Origin: Macrostomum hystrix
Lineage: Eukaryota; Animalia; Platyhelminthes
Direction of reading: 5' to 3'
Assembly: GCA_950097015.1 (NCBI GenBank)
Contig: CATNEN010000033.1
Coordinates: 496,001-560,000 of the forward strand
Length of the DNA stretch: 64,000 nucleotides
Below, one piece after another: positions 1 to 11,100 of the stretch (position 1 is its first letter; every line of letters begins with the position of its first letter). Under the pieces are notes generated by a model. That model worked only from the letters and a program-made list of their open reading frames with translations, ran no database searches and had not been told where the DNA came from. The position numbers and the translations under genes are program-made.

Positions 1-1158
1 TCCAACGAGTCCAATCATGTCTCTGTCGGGTGGAGCCTTGTCCACGAAGCAGCCCATATAGAGAGGAGCGGCCTTGCGCTGGCTCAGCGACCCAGTGACC
101 AGCAGAGCAGCCATTGCTATGGCAACCAGAGATTTGGATTTTAGGGGCATTGGCGACAAGTTCTAGCAGCAGTTCTAGGTATGTTTTTTTATCGCATTTA
201 TATTTATTGCTGCTGCAAGCTAGTCCCAGGATCACGCTCGAGAAAGATTGTGTCGCAACTACATTAGGCTTTACTGTTTGCTGTTGCAAGGTTCTGCACC
301 GGAGGGGAAGTTTGAAAAAAGAAAGAATGGAGCAGATCGGATATTCACTAACAGGGAGGCACTGTTGGTAGTACAATAATAGGCCTGCCATTGTACCACG
401 AACAAAAAAATGCAAAAAGCAGAAACAGAAGGTAAAATAATCTGTTGGATGGGAGCTGGAGTGAGTCGGAAACAGTTTTGTGTCCCGAGACGGACCAGCT
501 GGCTTTGCCTCACGACCTTTACGAGCAGGCAGACTCAGCACTCCAGTCCTTCTACTTGCCGGCGAACTGTTATACTAAACATGCTGACAGAAGGCCGACA
601 ACCGGGGTCGCAATAATGCACAGGCCCTGGTGGCTAAATGTCCCAGTTTTGAACCCAAAGTTTCATAATACCGAGCCTAAACACACATACTTTTGCCGTC
701 AGCTCTTGCTTCTCAACTCGTTGACTCACTCGTATTTACAGTACGAGTAATTGAGACGAAATATTCAATACTGTTTTCACGAGCAACAACAAAACATGTC
801 AACAAAAGCATCTATACTCGCGATACGGTCATGTAAGGCTTGCATCAAATGCGCACATGGTTAGGGTGGCGGTGGGGTGGGTGACAGCACTTCATTTCAA
901 TCATTTCATGATTAATTTAACATGTTTACTGCACTTGGTGCCTTGATTATGAGCCAGGGCCTACGGAAGAGTGACGTTTTGCGCGTCACTGACGTTAGTT
1001 GCTATTTTTAGAAACCACGTGATTCCACGTGCAAGGTCCCTGCCTATATAAGAAGCACCGCTTCCTCGCTCCTCTTCATGAGTTTGTTTCATTCTAAAGA
1101 TTCAACTCCAGTTTGTGTCATATGTGCTATCGGTGTTCGAGTTCCCTGCATCTGTCTC

Positions 1159-1159
<1 letters not shown>

Positions 1160-1196
<37 letters not shown>
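1160..1196. repeat. (TG)n microsatellite
   Basis: Uninterrupted TG dinucleotide run of about 18 units. Confidence 0.95.
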
Positions 1197-1197
<1 letters not shown>

Positions 1198-1933
1198 TTG
1201 CAAGCTCCGTTCTGGCTAAGTCCCGAAACAAACGTTGCCTTCCATCCTCACTGGAGCTACCCAGGACTCTGATAGTCTGACTGTGCCTGGAAATCAGCAC
1301 GGTGTGCGACTCTCGAGACTTCTTGGCTTCATCCTTTCGGGCCAAGGACCCTTCACCTCACCGAAGGCCAAAGACCTGACGCCCTGGTGGCAGTACTACT
1401 ACGCAACATTTGACTTCACATTGGAGTCTACCGGATCCCGCAGTGTTCAGCAGGACAGCCGGTACAACAATATAGATTTCTGCCCAACGCTTCTTCGTCG
1501 TTGTCAATTTAGAATAACAAAAATGCAAAGCAAATCATATAAAGGGCAGAGAGAACTACAAGACGCTGATCTAAGCATGAAGCTAGAGAAAATTAATTGA
1601 GTAAGTCTCATAAAAAATCTACTGATTCATCTAGACACGGATGGAATTACGGTATTACCTTATTCTATTCATTTAGTAAGTTTTTGTCTGGTAATAAAAC
1701 AAGACGAAGACCACTAGTTAAGTAACATACTGGAGTTTTCCACTTAGTTCTTACAAAAAAAAATCGATTTGTGATATAGCTCGATCGTACGAGGCACTAC
1801 AAGAGTGTTTTAAACTAAACTATTGATCTGTACGAAATCTTATGCTATCGTCCAAATAGACTTTTCAAAGTGCATTAAAGTATTTAGCCAGCAGCAGTTT
1901 AGAAAGGTTCAACTGGTCGTTACGCACAGCAGC

Positions 1934-2833
1934 TCAGCTGGCAATCCATACATCGCTGGAATCGCCGCCTCTCATAGCAGCAAATCGGCTGAGCCGGCAG
2001 AGGCCGCTGCTACTGTTGAAAGCGTGGGCCTGGCAGGTCCGAGCAGCCAGGCAGAGCACGGCGCAATGCACGCCATCCACCGCCAAAAGATTCCAACTAG
2101 ACGGGACTCGTACGATGCTAGGGTCGAAAACCACCAGTGGAGCGTCGGTGGCGGCGACTCTGCGGAACCGAAAACAGCCGCCACCGTAAGTGGAAGCTGC
2201 GAATGGAGCGAGTAAAGAATTTTCCTTAGAAGTAATAGGCTTCATGTGATAAAAATTATCCAACTTTCTTCCAATGGTCTCTCACAAATACTCGTAAATA
2301 ATTCGCAACTGCAGCCTGCAAAGCATTTGTCAAGATGGGACTAACAAGCCTTTGGGAAAGTTCTGGGAAATTTACTCTAAACTCTCACTCAAATAGGAAT
2401 TTTCGAAGATTGAGTTGAACAGCATGCCACCGCACTTCTGAGATGAACTCCCTGCGCAGCTCAATGAGCAGTTGGACTCCACCGCACTGCCCAGTGAGCC
2501 GAAGCTCCAGCCGCAGCTGCACTCCACTCCGTTCTGAACGGCAAAGTACGGAAGACCGCCAAAGGCGCAGACCTCGCTGCACAGCTGCACCGTCATGCGC
2601 TGACTGGACAGAATTCCCTGGCTCGTGTAGTTAACGTTAAACGGACCGAGCCTGTCGACTCCAATTAGGCCTTGCATATCCCTGTCAGGCATCCGGGCAT
2701 CCCTGTAGCAGCCCAGGTAGCTGATTGTGGTGACAGTTCGCTGAGCCAGTGACTGCTCAATGATCAGAGAGGTAGCCGTGACTACTATCATGACTGCGAG
2801 ACTCAAAGCCATCGCCTTCGCTGATAAGTCCAT
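1934..2833 (-). CDS. Secreted WSC-domain + PAN/apple-like protein (2 exons), paralog 1
   Basis: Exon 1 runs from 2833 (first ATG; 2812 is an alternative) to 2389: hydrophobic signal peptide, then WSC pattern YLGCYRD...MTVQLCSEVC...YFAVQNGVECSCG...CSLSCAGSSSQKCGG. Phase-1 donor A|GTGAG at 2388. Acceptor ccattcgcAG at 2197 is phase-compatible with exon 2 (2196..1934), which encodes CAVLCLAARTCQAHAFNSSSGLCRL (PAN/apple-like Cys spacing). Intron 192 bp. Confidence 0.8.
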
Positions 2834-3659
2834 CAGTCGGATGCAATAATTTGAGTTCAAATTATCCGCAACTCGATCTATTCAGCAGAATTCTTTTGAA
2901 AGAATTTGACACAAAGGTAGATATGTAGACAGAGTCACAAAGGGTGTTTGAGCAGCTTAAGCTTCTTGGAGAGGTTCATTGTTCCCATAATTTCAAGAGT
3001 CCATTGGCCAAACTGTTTCTGAAGCCATCGACGCAGGAAAAGCTGACTTGTTGAAAGTATTTAGTCAGCATTATTGATGCTTTGCTATCACTTTGTGTAG
3101 ACTTGAATCATGCTCTTCTTACTTTTCTTCGCTTGCAATTGTCAAGTGGCAGTCAAAGTTGGTGCCATGCTTTGCAGCAGGTCTAAACGCTTTGTGACCT
3201 CGAAGTTGCGATATTTTAAAGCTACAAAGCAAACTTTGCAAGAAAGAAAGCTGAAGCTACGCCAGCTTTTACCAAAATACGGCACCAAGCACTTTGGATT
3301 TCCCTTGTAGGATCATACATGTGCACACTGCAAGCTGTAGTACAAATATTGGGATCATACATGCGAGGAAGCTACAGAAAAAGTTTTGGGATCAATATGG
3401 TATCAGGAATCTCCTTCGTTATCGCAGATTAAAACTCCGATCAGACCCATACGGCCGTAATTCCGACACGATTTAGTCTAGTTGGAGCTGCCAATCGTGT
3501 CCTAATCATCTAACAGCTAGTCAATCAGGGGCTCGTGTCGCGTCGTGTCATGTCGTCACCGCCGTCAAAGTATTTCACTCTTTAAAATGGTACCAAAGAG
3601 CAATCGCGTCTACGTCGTGGAAGCTACTTCCCGCAGTCAAAAACTGCTCAACTCTTTTC

Positions 3660-3965
3660 CCAAACGGTGTCTGGGTTCGCGACTGCGGCTCAGGAACTCG
3701 CCAGTTTTTACTGCAGGCTGTTGGCCATGTACAAACCCAAGCTTGAAGCCAGCGTCCCTCCTTCTTGTTCGCGATGTGGTATCGCCGACGACACCACGAC
3801 TCACCTGTTAGCCTGTCCGACCAATCCGACGATCTTTCAACCGATCGAACTCTCGAGAAATCCTTAGTTAATCCTAAAGGCGTTATCGAACTCATCGAAA
3901 CACTATATCCGTGCGAGGCCCAAGGACCGGGTACGCCCCAGTAGCCTGGGCTACCACAAAAAAAC
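3660..3965 (+). mobile_element. Degenerate 3' end of a non-LTR retrotransposon (LINE)
   Basis: ORF 3667..3867 contains CSRCGIADDTTTHLLACPTNPT, the CxxC..H...C C-terminal motif typical of LINE ORF2. It is followed by a short UTR, an A-run and a (CA)n tract. No RT core present. Confidence 0.5.
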
Positions 3966-4090
3966 GCGCGCGCGCACACACACACACATACACACACACC
4001 TGCTTAATAAACGTAAGTCAAGCCCTTTCTCGAGAGGCCCTAATATAGACCGATGAAAAGAAATGAAATTGCCAACATAAGTTTAAAGTG

Positions 4091-4125
4091 CCGAAGCTTT
4101 TCGTCCTAAGCGGACATCGTCAGGG
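4091..4125 (-). ncRNA. Minimal hammerhead ribozyme motif, inverted copy
   Basis: Exact reverse complement of 4617..4651 inside the inverted arm. It is in sense orientation relative to the WSC paralog-2 pre-mRNA. Confidence 0.6.
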
Positions 4126-4616
4126 TCGATTTATTGAAAACGAAAACACTGGTATTTAAAAGTAGGTTGTTGCACATTGTGAGTTAACATTGTGAGTTGA
4201 CCCGGACCGGGACCATTTGCTAGGTTGCGATAGTTGTTGTAATAAGGAGCCACTTGAACTGTTCAAAGTTGTTGACACGTGTAGGCAAGATTACAAACTG
4301 ACCATTCTTGAAGCCATGTACATCAAGGCCCTCAAGCCAAACCTTAATGTCCAATTAGCGGGGAACGGTGCAAGCCAACAGCTCCAAGTGTTCTGACGTA
4401 TGAGGCACGCTCTCTCTCTGAGTTGTGTGTGCGCTCCTCTCCAACCTCTGGTTCGCCTTTTGACCTGCCCATCGGACTTTATCTCACAATGTACAATAAC
4501 CTTTTAAACACCTACGTTTTCGTTTCTCAATAAATCGACCCTGTCCATCGGACTTTAACTCACAATGTGCAACAACCTACTTTTAAATACCAGTGTTTTC
4601 GTTTTCAATAAATCGA

Positions 4617-4651
4617 CCCTGACGATGTCCGCTTAGGACGAAAAGCTTCGG
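4617..4651 (+). ncRNA. Minimal type-I hammerhead ribozyme motif (PLE type)
   Basis: CC-CTGACGA-T-GTCC-GCTTA-GGAC-GAAA-AGCT-TC-GG: CUGANGA core, 4-bp stem II, GAAA, palindromic AGCT loop in place of stem III, UC cleavage site. Stem I has only 2 obvious bp. Confidence 0.65.
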
Positions 4652-4734
4652 CACTTTAAACTTATGTTGGCAATTTCATTTCTTTTCCTGTTGCTTATAA
4701 AGCGAGTTACCTTACCAGACCGATGAAAACTTAC

Positions 4735-5143
4735 ATAGGTACACATTTTCGTATACGGAGTTGTACCAGATGCCACCGCACTTCTGTGATGAACTCCCTG
4801 TGCAGCTCATCGAGCAGTTGGACTCCACCGCACTGCCCAGCGAGCCGAAGCTCCAGCCGCAGCTGCACTCCGCTCCGTTCTGCACGGCAAAGTACGGAAG
4901 ACCGCCAAAGGCGCAGACCTCGCTGCACAGCTGCACCGTCATGCGCTGACTGGACAGAATTCCCTGGCTCGTGAAGTTGACGGTGAACGGACCAAGCCTG
5001 GCGACTCCAATTAGGCCTTGCATATCCCTGTGGGGCATCGGGGCATCCCTGTAGCAGCCCAGGTAGCTGATTGTGGTGACAGTTCGCTGAGCTAGCGACT
5101 GTGCAATTAACAATGCGGCCATCAGAGAAATACGTTGCTTCAT
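4735..5143 (-). CDS. Secreted WSC-domain protein, paralog 2 (first coding exon; downstream exon not located)
   Basis: ATG at 5143, short signal peptide, WSC domain nearly identical to paralog 1. Phase-1 donor T|GTAAG at 4734 sits at the same codon position as the paralog-1 donor. Confidence 0.8.
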
Positions 5144-6184
5144 TGTAGCGAGTAGGGAAAATTTTGCAGCAACTCAAGGCTTCTCTTTTTGCAGCAGCTC
5201 ATACAAACTGTCTTTGTTTTGTGAGGCTGTGGGGCTAAAAACCTGTCATATGTCAGTCTAAAGTAGAAATAGAAGTACCATTGTAGCATTCTTAGAACAA
5301 ATTCAAGGAGGAATTGCACGGTTGCTACTAAGCTATTGATCAGTTAAGCGCCTCACCACTCCCAGCAACGCGTACTTCACACTATGTCTTTCAATTTGAG
5401 CAAACATGCCAGAGTGCAATTCTCACTATTGTCATTGATTATCATGGCTTTAATATATAGTTTGCCTTATGCGGGAAATACTATACCTGCCTTCTAAAAA
5501 ATTTGCACAAAACGCGATTGCACGTCCTGTGTTGTTTAGCAGTGTTGTTTAGTAGTCCTTGGTTTTCGCTGCAGAACAGGGCGCGAGCAGCACAAGCAAT
5601 AGTTTATGGCAAGAGAAACTCATATTATGTCTGGCAAGTAAATGGATATGGAAGCTATGAGCTACATGTAGATACATGCAACTTTCTCTGAGAAAATTGT
5701 GTTGTTGACTTGTTGGCTCGGCAGGTGATTTCATCATTTCACAATTTCAACAAAGTTGTAACTTGCTTAAAAAGACGCTTTCTTTTTTAAAATTTTTCGT
5801 AGCCTAGTCGTAGATTTTTATCTGCCATTCCGTCTCCCTTGCTTTCTTGTCCCTCTATCTTTCTGTTAGGGTTATTTTCTTTGTTATGTATTTATCTCAA
5901 TGATGCCACCAAAGTTGTACCAGGTCTTTACTTCTTAAGCTAATTAATTATCTAATTTCACCGAATGCTACCAAAGTTGTTGCAGGGCAAAATTATTAAT
6001 TAAGATCCCACCGCTGTTGACTTAATTTAATAGATTTTTAACTGGCGGTCCTTAAATGGGCCATTCTAACTTCTCAAATGGTAGCGTATGAATTTGCACG
6101 AGCGGTATTTAGGCAACTGTATGCGTCTCCAGTCAATTAGGCGTCCCCGAGATTAGAGTTTAGCAGTTTCCCTTTTGTAATATT

Positions 6185-6795
6185 CTTAGTATAATTCTGA
6201 GTATAATTCTTAGTATAGTTCTGAGTATGGTTCTGTGTATAGTTCTGAGTATCGTTCTGAGTATAGTTCTGAGTATAGTTCTGAGTATGGTTCTGAGTAT
6301 ATTTCTCACTACTATCTTCTCTTAAAATGAATAACACAATGTAACACTTCAAACTTCGAAATTTGCTTTAAAACACACACTTAACACTTTACACTTTACA
6401 CTTTACACAACTTAACACACAACTCACAACTTCAACTTCAACTTCAACTTCAACTTCAACTTCAACTTCAACTTTATTTTCTTGGTAAAAAATTGCAGCT
6501 ATATATATACAGTAAAACTTAGCGTTTGTTTAAATTGAAACATTTTACATTAATATTGTGCATACGGTACAAATTAAAACAAAAGATTTATATATAGTAT
6601 TATTTTTGTTACGGTAAAAAGTTAAAAAAAAATTTTTTGGCGCGCTTTTAATTTTTTTTTATTTTTACGCATTTTATAGAAAACATATTTACAAAGAAAC
6701 TTATTTACAATAATGAAACGAAAACTAAAATACACTGTTATATTTCTCTTAATCACCTTAATCTTAATCTTAATCTTAATCTTAATCTTAATCAT
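6185..6795. repeat. AT-rich low-complexity block with 12-bp (TTCTGAGTATAG), (TTCAAC)n and (TTAATC)n tandem repeats
   Basis: Visible arrays at about 6185-6302, 6428-6474 and 6748-6793. Confidence 0.85.
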
Positions 6796-7399
6796 CTTAG
6801 TCATATAGACACAGCTGTTGCATTGCCAAATCAGTCAAAAACTTGCTTTAGTTTTATTATTTACAAGCAGTCTCTAAGAAAGACATTATTTTTATGTAAA
6901 AAACATGCAAAAAACTAGGTTGCTGCATTTTCTATTATTTTTTGTAGCTAGGTATAGCAATTTAGCAAAAGTAAAAATAGTTCTATTGATTTAGCCATTT
7001 TGCAGATTATGTAAATTATTACACTTGAAAAACTTTAAATCAACAATCAGACATTGTGGTATTATACTAGTCTTTTATGACCATATTTTTTATTTATTAA
7101 TAAAATAAAATAGTTGTACCCATTTCTGTACCTATTAGTTATCTATTAGTTAGCTAGCTCCATGAATTTCTATTTGTAGTGCTTAGCATGGTAAACTCAC
7201 TAAATGATTATATTTGTACTTTTATAGCTCTTTTGAAAACTTAATTGCCAACACAGTTCTTATCATTAGTTTGTTAGAGGATAACAGGCTGTCCTTAAGT
7301 ACTATTGGGATAATTCTTAAGGACACAGTTCTAGTGTCTCTATAGAAAACAGGCATCATTTTCATAGTGTCTCTTCTGGCTGAAGACTGTTTCTCTTGT

Positions 7400-7900
7400 G
7401 CAGCTACATGCTTGACCTTGCTGTTTAGTAACCGATGATGATACTCGTGCAGCCCCTAACTCCACATTGGTATGCTTGATGACAGGCTTGTCCCGAGTGA
7501 CCTCGGGATAAACAGCAAAAGCAGCCCAAAATTCTCAATCAATAAGCTGCTTGAAGTTTGAACATTTCCAAAGTTTGTGAGACTCCTGGCAAAGGGTGTG
7601 CATTCTGTTTAAGTGGTGGCCTGAATCTTGATATTCGACAAAATGGCTCCTTGTTGAACCATTCAATCATGCACAATCTCCATGGCTTCTGTCTGGAACG
7701 CGGCTTCCATCAGCAGCCGCTCTCGCAGCATCCTGTCTGTGCCCATTGAACAGCCAGTGCCAGTACTGTGCCACCATCGGCTCAGGCATATTCTTCTGCA
7801 GTTTTTGCATAAATGCCATGTTCTGCAAAGAAAAAAATAGTCCCCTTGCCTAAACGGCAGTAATCATCTTCCTCCTTTGGGTCACTGCACTCATGCGGCT
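7400..7900 (-). mobile_element. Possible BEL/Pao gag relic (frameshifted)
   Basis: Minus-strand fragments LGKGTIF / FMQKLQKNMPEPMVAQYWHWLF / LRERLLMEAAFQTEAMEIVHD resemble, from memory, a conserved BEL/Pao gag segment. Frameshifts and stops are present. Not verified by search. Confidence 0.35.
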
Positions 7901-8154
7901 TGAGAATGCTGTTAGAATTACTCTAGAGACAGTAGAGAGTAGAAACGTCTTCATCTCCTGATCGCAGTCAGATTTTTTCTTGCATACCTATCAAATGTGT
8001 AGAACCTGATAAAAACTATCTCAAATGGTAAAAATTCTTAACTTTGCTATGAAGTTTTGCTAAATTCGAATATTTGCTGTAGTCAGTGGATTAAGAATTC
8101 GAGATGCCGCGCAGAATGTTTTTATTCTAATCAATCTAATGTTTGTTTTCAGCC

Positions 8155-11100
8155 ATGAGCTTCGGTCGAGGCTTTAGTCGCAGTTTGCTCATCGGCCTGA
8201 CACAGCAGGCAGATGCTCCTGCTACCCCCACTGCTGCTGCTACTGCCTCAGCCTCAGGTGACTCCTCAACCGCTGATGCCTCATCATCTTCAATTGGTCG
8301 GGCCAGGACTTCGGCTCCGGTGCCTCAGGATGCCTCGGGCCCCTGCTTTGCCTTTGGTCGCGGCTCTGGAGCTGCATCTGCTCCCGCTGCTGTTGCTGCT
8401 GGCCCAAGCGGTGACTCCGCTTCCAGGACATCGCCAACCGTGACAACTTTCGGCCGCGGCTCTGTCCCACTTAGTCGGGACGCTTCAACCGGGGCGCCGG
8501 CAGCCGCATTCGGTCGCGGCTTTGGACGCGGCCTGGCTGCCGAAGCTGCAGCTTTGCCAGACTCGTTGAACCGGCTCAGTGTGCAAGACGCCACAGCAGC
8601 AGCCGCTGTGCAGCCTGCTCAGTCGCGACCCGCGCGTCTCAGGCTATCGCAGGTGCAGCGAGTGGGTCCGGCAGACAAGCAGGGCTCGGCTGGCCAGCGC
8701 CTGACACTGGGTGTCAATTTCTTGCGGGTGGAAGGCGCGGACTGCCTGGTGTATCAGTACAGCATCGTTTTCAAACCCAGCGTGGACTCTCGAATGCAGC
8801 GGGACAGGCTTGTCATGTCCATTCAGGACCCGGACTTCCAGAGCGTGCCAGGCCGCGTGCCCTCGGGCAACTCGCTCTACACCAACAGGCCGCTGCCCAG
8901 GGAGTGCGGCGTGTACCAGGCTGCCTCCGGCAACATGCGAGTGTCCATCCAGCTGCAACTGGTTGGCACTGCCACTTTGTCCAGCCTGCCCAGCGTCTAC
9001 AACATAATCTTCCGCTCCATCCAGGCTCGGATGGACCTCATCGAAGTTCGCCGGCATTATTACAACCCGCACGCCAGCGAGAGAGTTCCCGGCCAGCAGA
9101 TGGAGGTGAGTGGCGCAAACTCAAAGTCCTGCTAAAATCACTGGGTCAGCTGTTTGAGTACAAGCCAGACATGTGGGTGTGTGGGTTGGTGCCAGCCATG
9201 TGGGTGTGTGGGTAGGTGCCAGCCATGTGGGTGTGTGGGTTGGTGCCAGACATGTGGGTGTGTGTGTAGATGCAAACAATATGGGTGTTGTTGTGGCTGC
9301 TAGCCAAATAAGCGAGGCGAGGCCAAGTCCAGTTAACCAAGGGTGAGGGTGCTCTCTCGCGTAGCGAGAGCCGTGTATATATATTATTGAACCTCACATG
9401 TACATTGATTACATAAGTACACTATGAGCAAATGTGCACATAGGTCATTCACAACATCATCCCCCCTCCAAAGAGATGACAGGCAACGGGCGGGATGGCA
9501 TAGTTTGAGACATGCATTTAATCAGTTCGTATCGCATGTGATTGCTCTCTCCACAACAGTCACTTGAGTCACATGTCGGTTCACACTCAATCGTGGGTCA
9601 CGACACTGCCGAACCGTTGAGGCGGTGCACGATGCCTCTCAGAACGACGCAGCGGTGGCATTGGTGGCGCCGGGCTTGTCGGCGCACCCGCTGGCTGGGG
9701 TGGCAGCTCACCGTCACCGTCATCGTCGCACCAGCCGCGGCGGTTGTCTGGGATGCAGCGGCTGATGTGCCAGCGACTGCCATCGGTTAGCGTCAGTGTG
9801 TTGCCGTTGCGACCGACGACCGTCATCGGCTCGGAGATGCCGCTGCCGAGTTTGCTTTTCTTCGGTCGGCGTACGCGGACACGACTGCCGACGGTCAATG
9901 CGTCGCTCCGCGGTTGCTGATTCTGCTTGGAAGGTTTCCGGCGACTTTCGGCTCGCTGCTGTTGTTCCTGGACGGTGCGCCGCAGCGCCTGGCTGGGCGC
10001 GGACTCAGGCTCGGCCGGTTGAAGCCGGTCAAGATGCAGGCGAAGCTTCCGCCCTAGCATCATCTCGGCCGGGGTCTTCTTGGTCAGCGCGTGTTCAGCC
10101 GATCGATACGCTAGCAGGAGTTCCTGCACAGCTTGCTTCATGGCCACGCCGTCGGCCAACAGGGCTCGTAGAGAAGACTTGATGAAGCCGTTGAACCTTT
10201 CGACTCCGCCGTTCTGCTGCGGACAATAGAATGGAGTCCGGCGATGCTTGATGCCAAGTGAGCTGAGGAAGTCCGTGAACTCGCTCGACACGAATTGTGG
10301 TCCGTTGTCAGTTGTGATCTCGTCTGGCAGGCCCCAGCGGACGAACAGGCTGCGAAGGGCCTCGATGCAGGCAGTAGAGGTTACGGATGAAGACGCGATG
10401 ATCTCGGGCCACTTGGAGTAGAGGTCGTGGACTACGATGAGGAATCTGTGCGAATTTGGCGCTTCGGTTGCCGGGAGCTCTCCGACGATGTCGACTTGGA
10501 GCTGTCTCCACGGGCCGGCTGGTAGTTCCGTGGTTGACCAGGGCACCTTGATCGGCTTGAACGCCTTCTCCGACAGAATGCAGGCACTGCAGTTCCTCAC
10601 GAATGTCTCCACGTCGCTGTCAATGCGCGGCCACCAGACAGTTTCGCGGCATCGCGCCTTGACCTTCGCCACGCCGAGATGCCCTTGATGCGCCTCCGTC
10701 AACACCAGGTCGCGGAGTGAGGCTGGGATGACCGCACGGCTGCCTCTCGCCAGACAGCGCCCGTCGTTCCACAGGCAGAGCTCGTGCTGCACCTGATGGA
10801 AACCCTTCAGGTCGCTAGGAGTCTCGGTGGGCCATCCGTTGAGCACGAACTGAACGACTCGCTGCAGTTGGTCATCGCTAGCTGTGGCCTCGGCGAGCTG
10901 AGCAACTGAAATAGGCTCGGAGCTCCTGGCAAGCACTAGGTTGATGTCTGACTCAGTTTGACGTTGATCAATCGATTCTTGGCCGATCTTTTTACGATCG
11001 TAGCCGTAGCGGGACAGAAAGTCAGGTTGGACGTTTAGCTTACCAGGAACATACTCGATGTCAAAATCGTAGACGAAGAGTCGCTCACACCAGCGTTGAA

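Larger units (their letters stand above)
4047..4729 (+). mobile_element. 5'-truncated Penelope-like retroelement (PLE) with inverted terminal repeat
   Basis: The frame at 4202..4396 reads DHLLGCDSCCNKEPLELFKVVDTCRQDYKLTILEAMYIKALKPNLNVQL...*, matching the C-terminal half of the PLE GIY-YIG endonuclease. A 133-bp perfect inverted repeat lies at 4055..4187 and 4555..4687, with an imperfect ~75-bp tandem duplication at 4470..4620. A 13-bp direct repeat AGACCGATGAAAA flanks the element (4047..4059, 4717..4729), a probable TSD. Confidence 0.8.

Noticed and set aside
1040-1600. TATA-like CTATATAAG at about 1044 followed by ORF 1235..1600
   Set aside because: The ORF starts at a non-ATG codon, has no recognisable domain, and no convincing splice structure was found.
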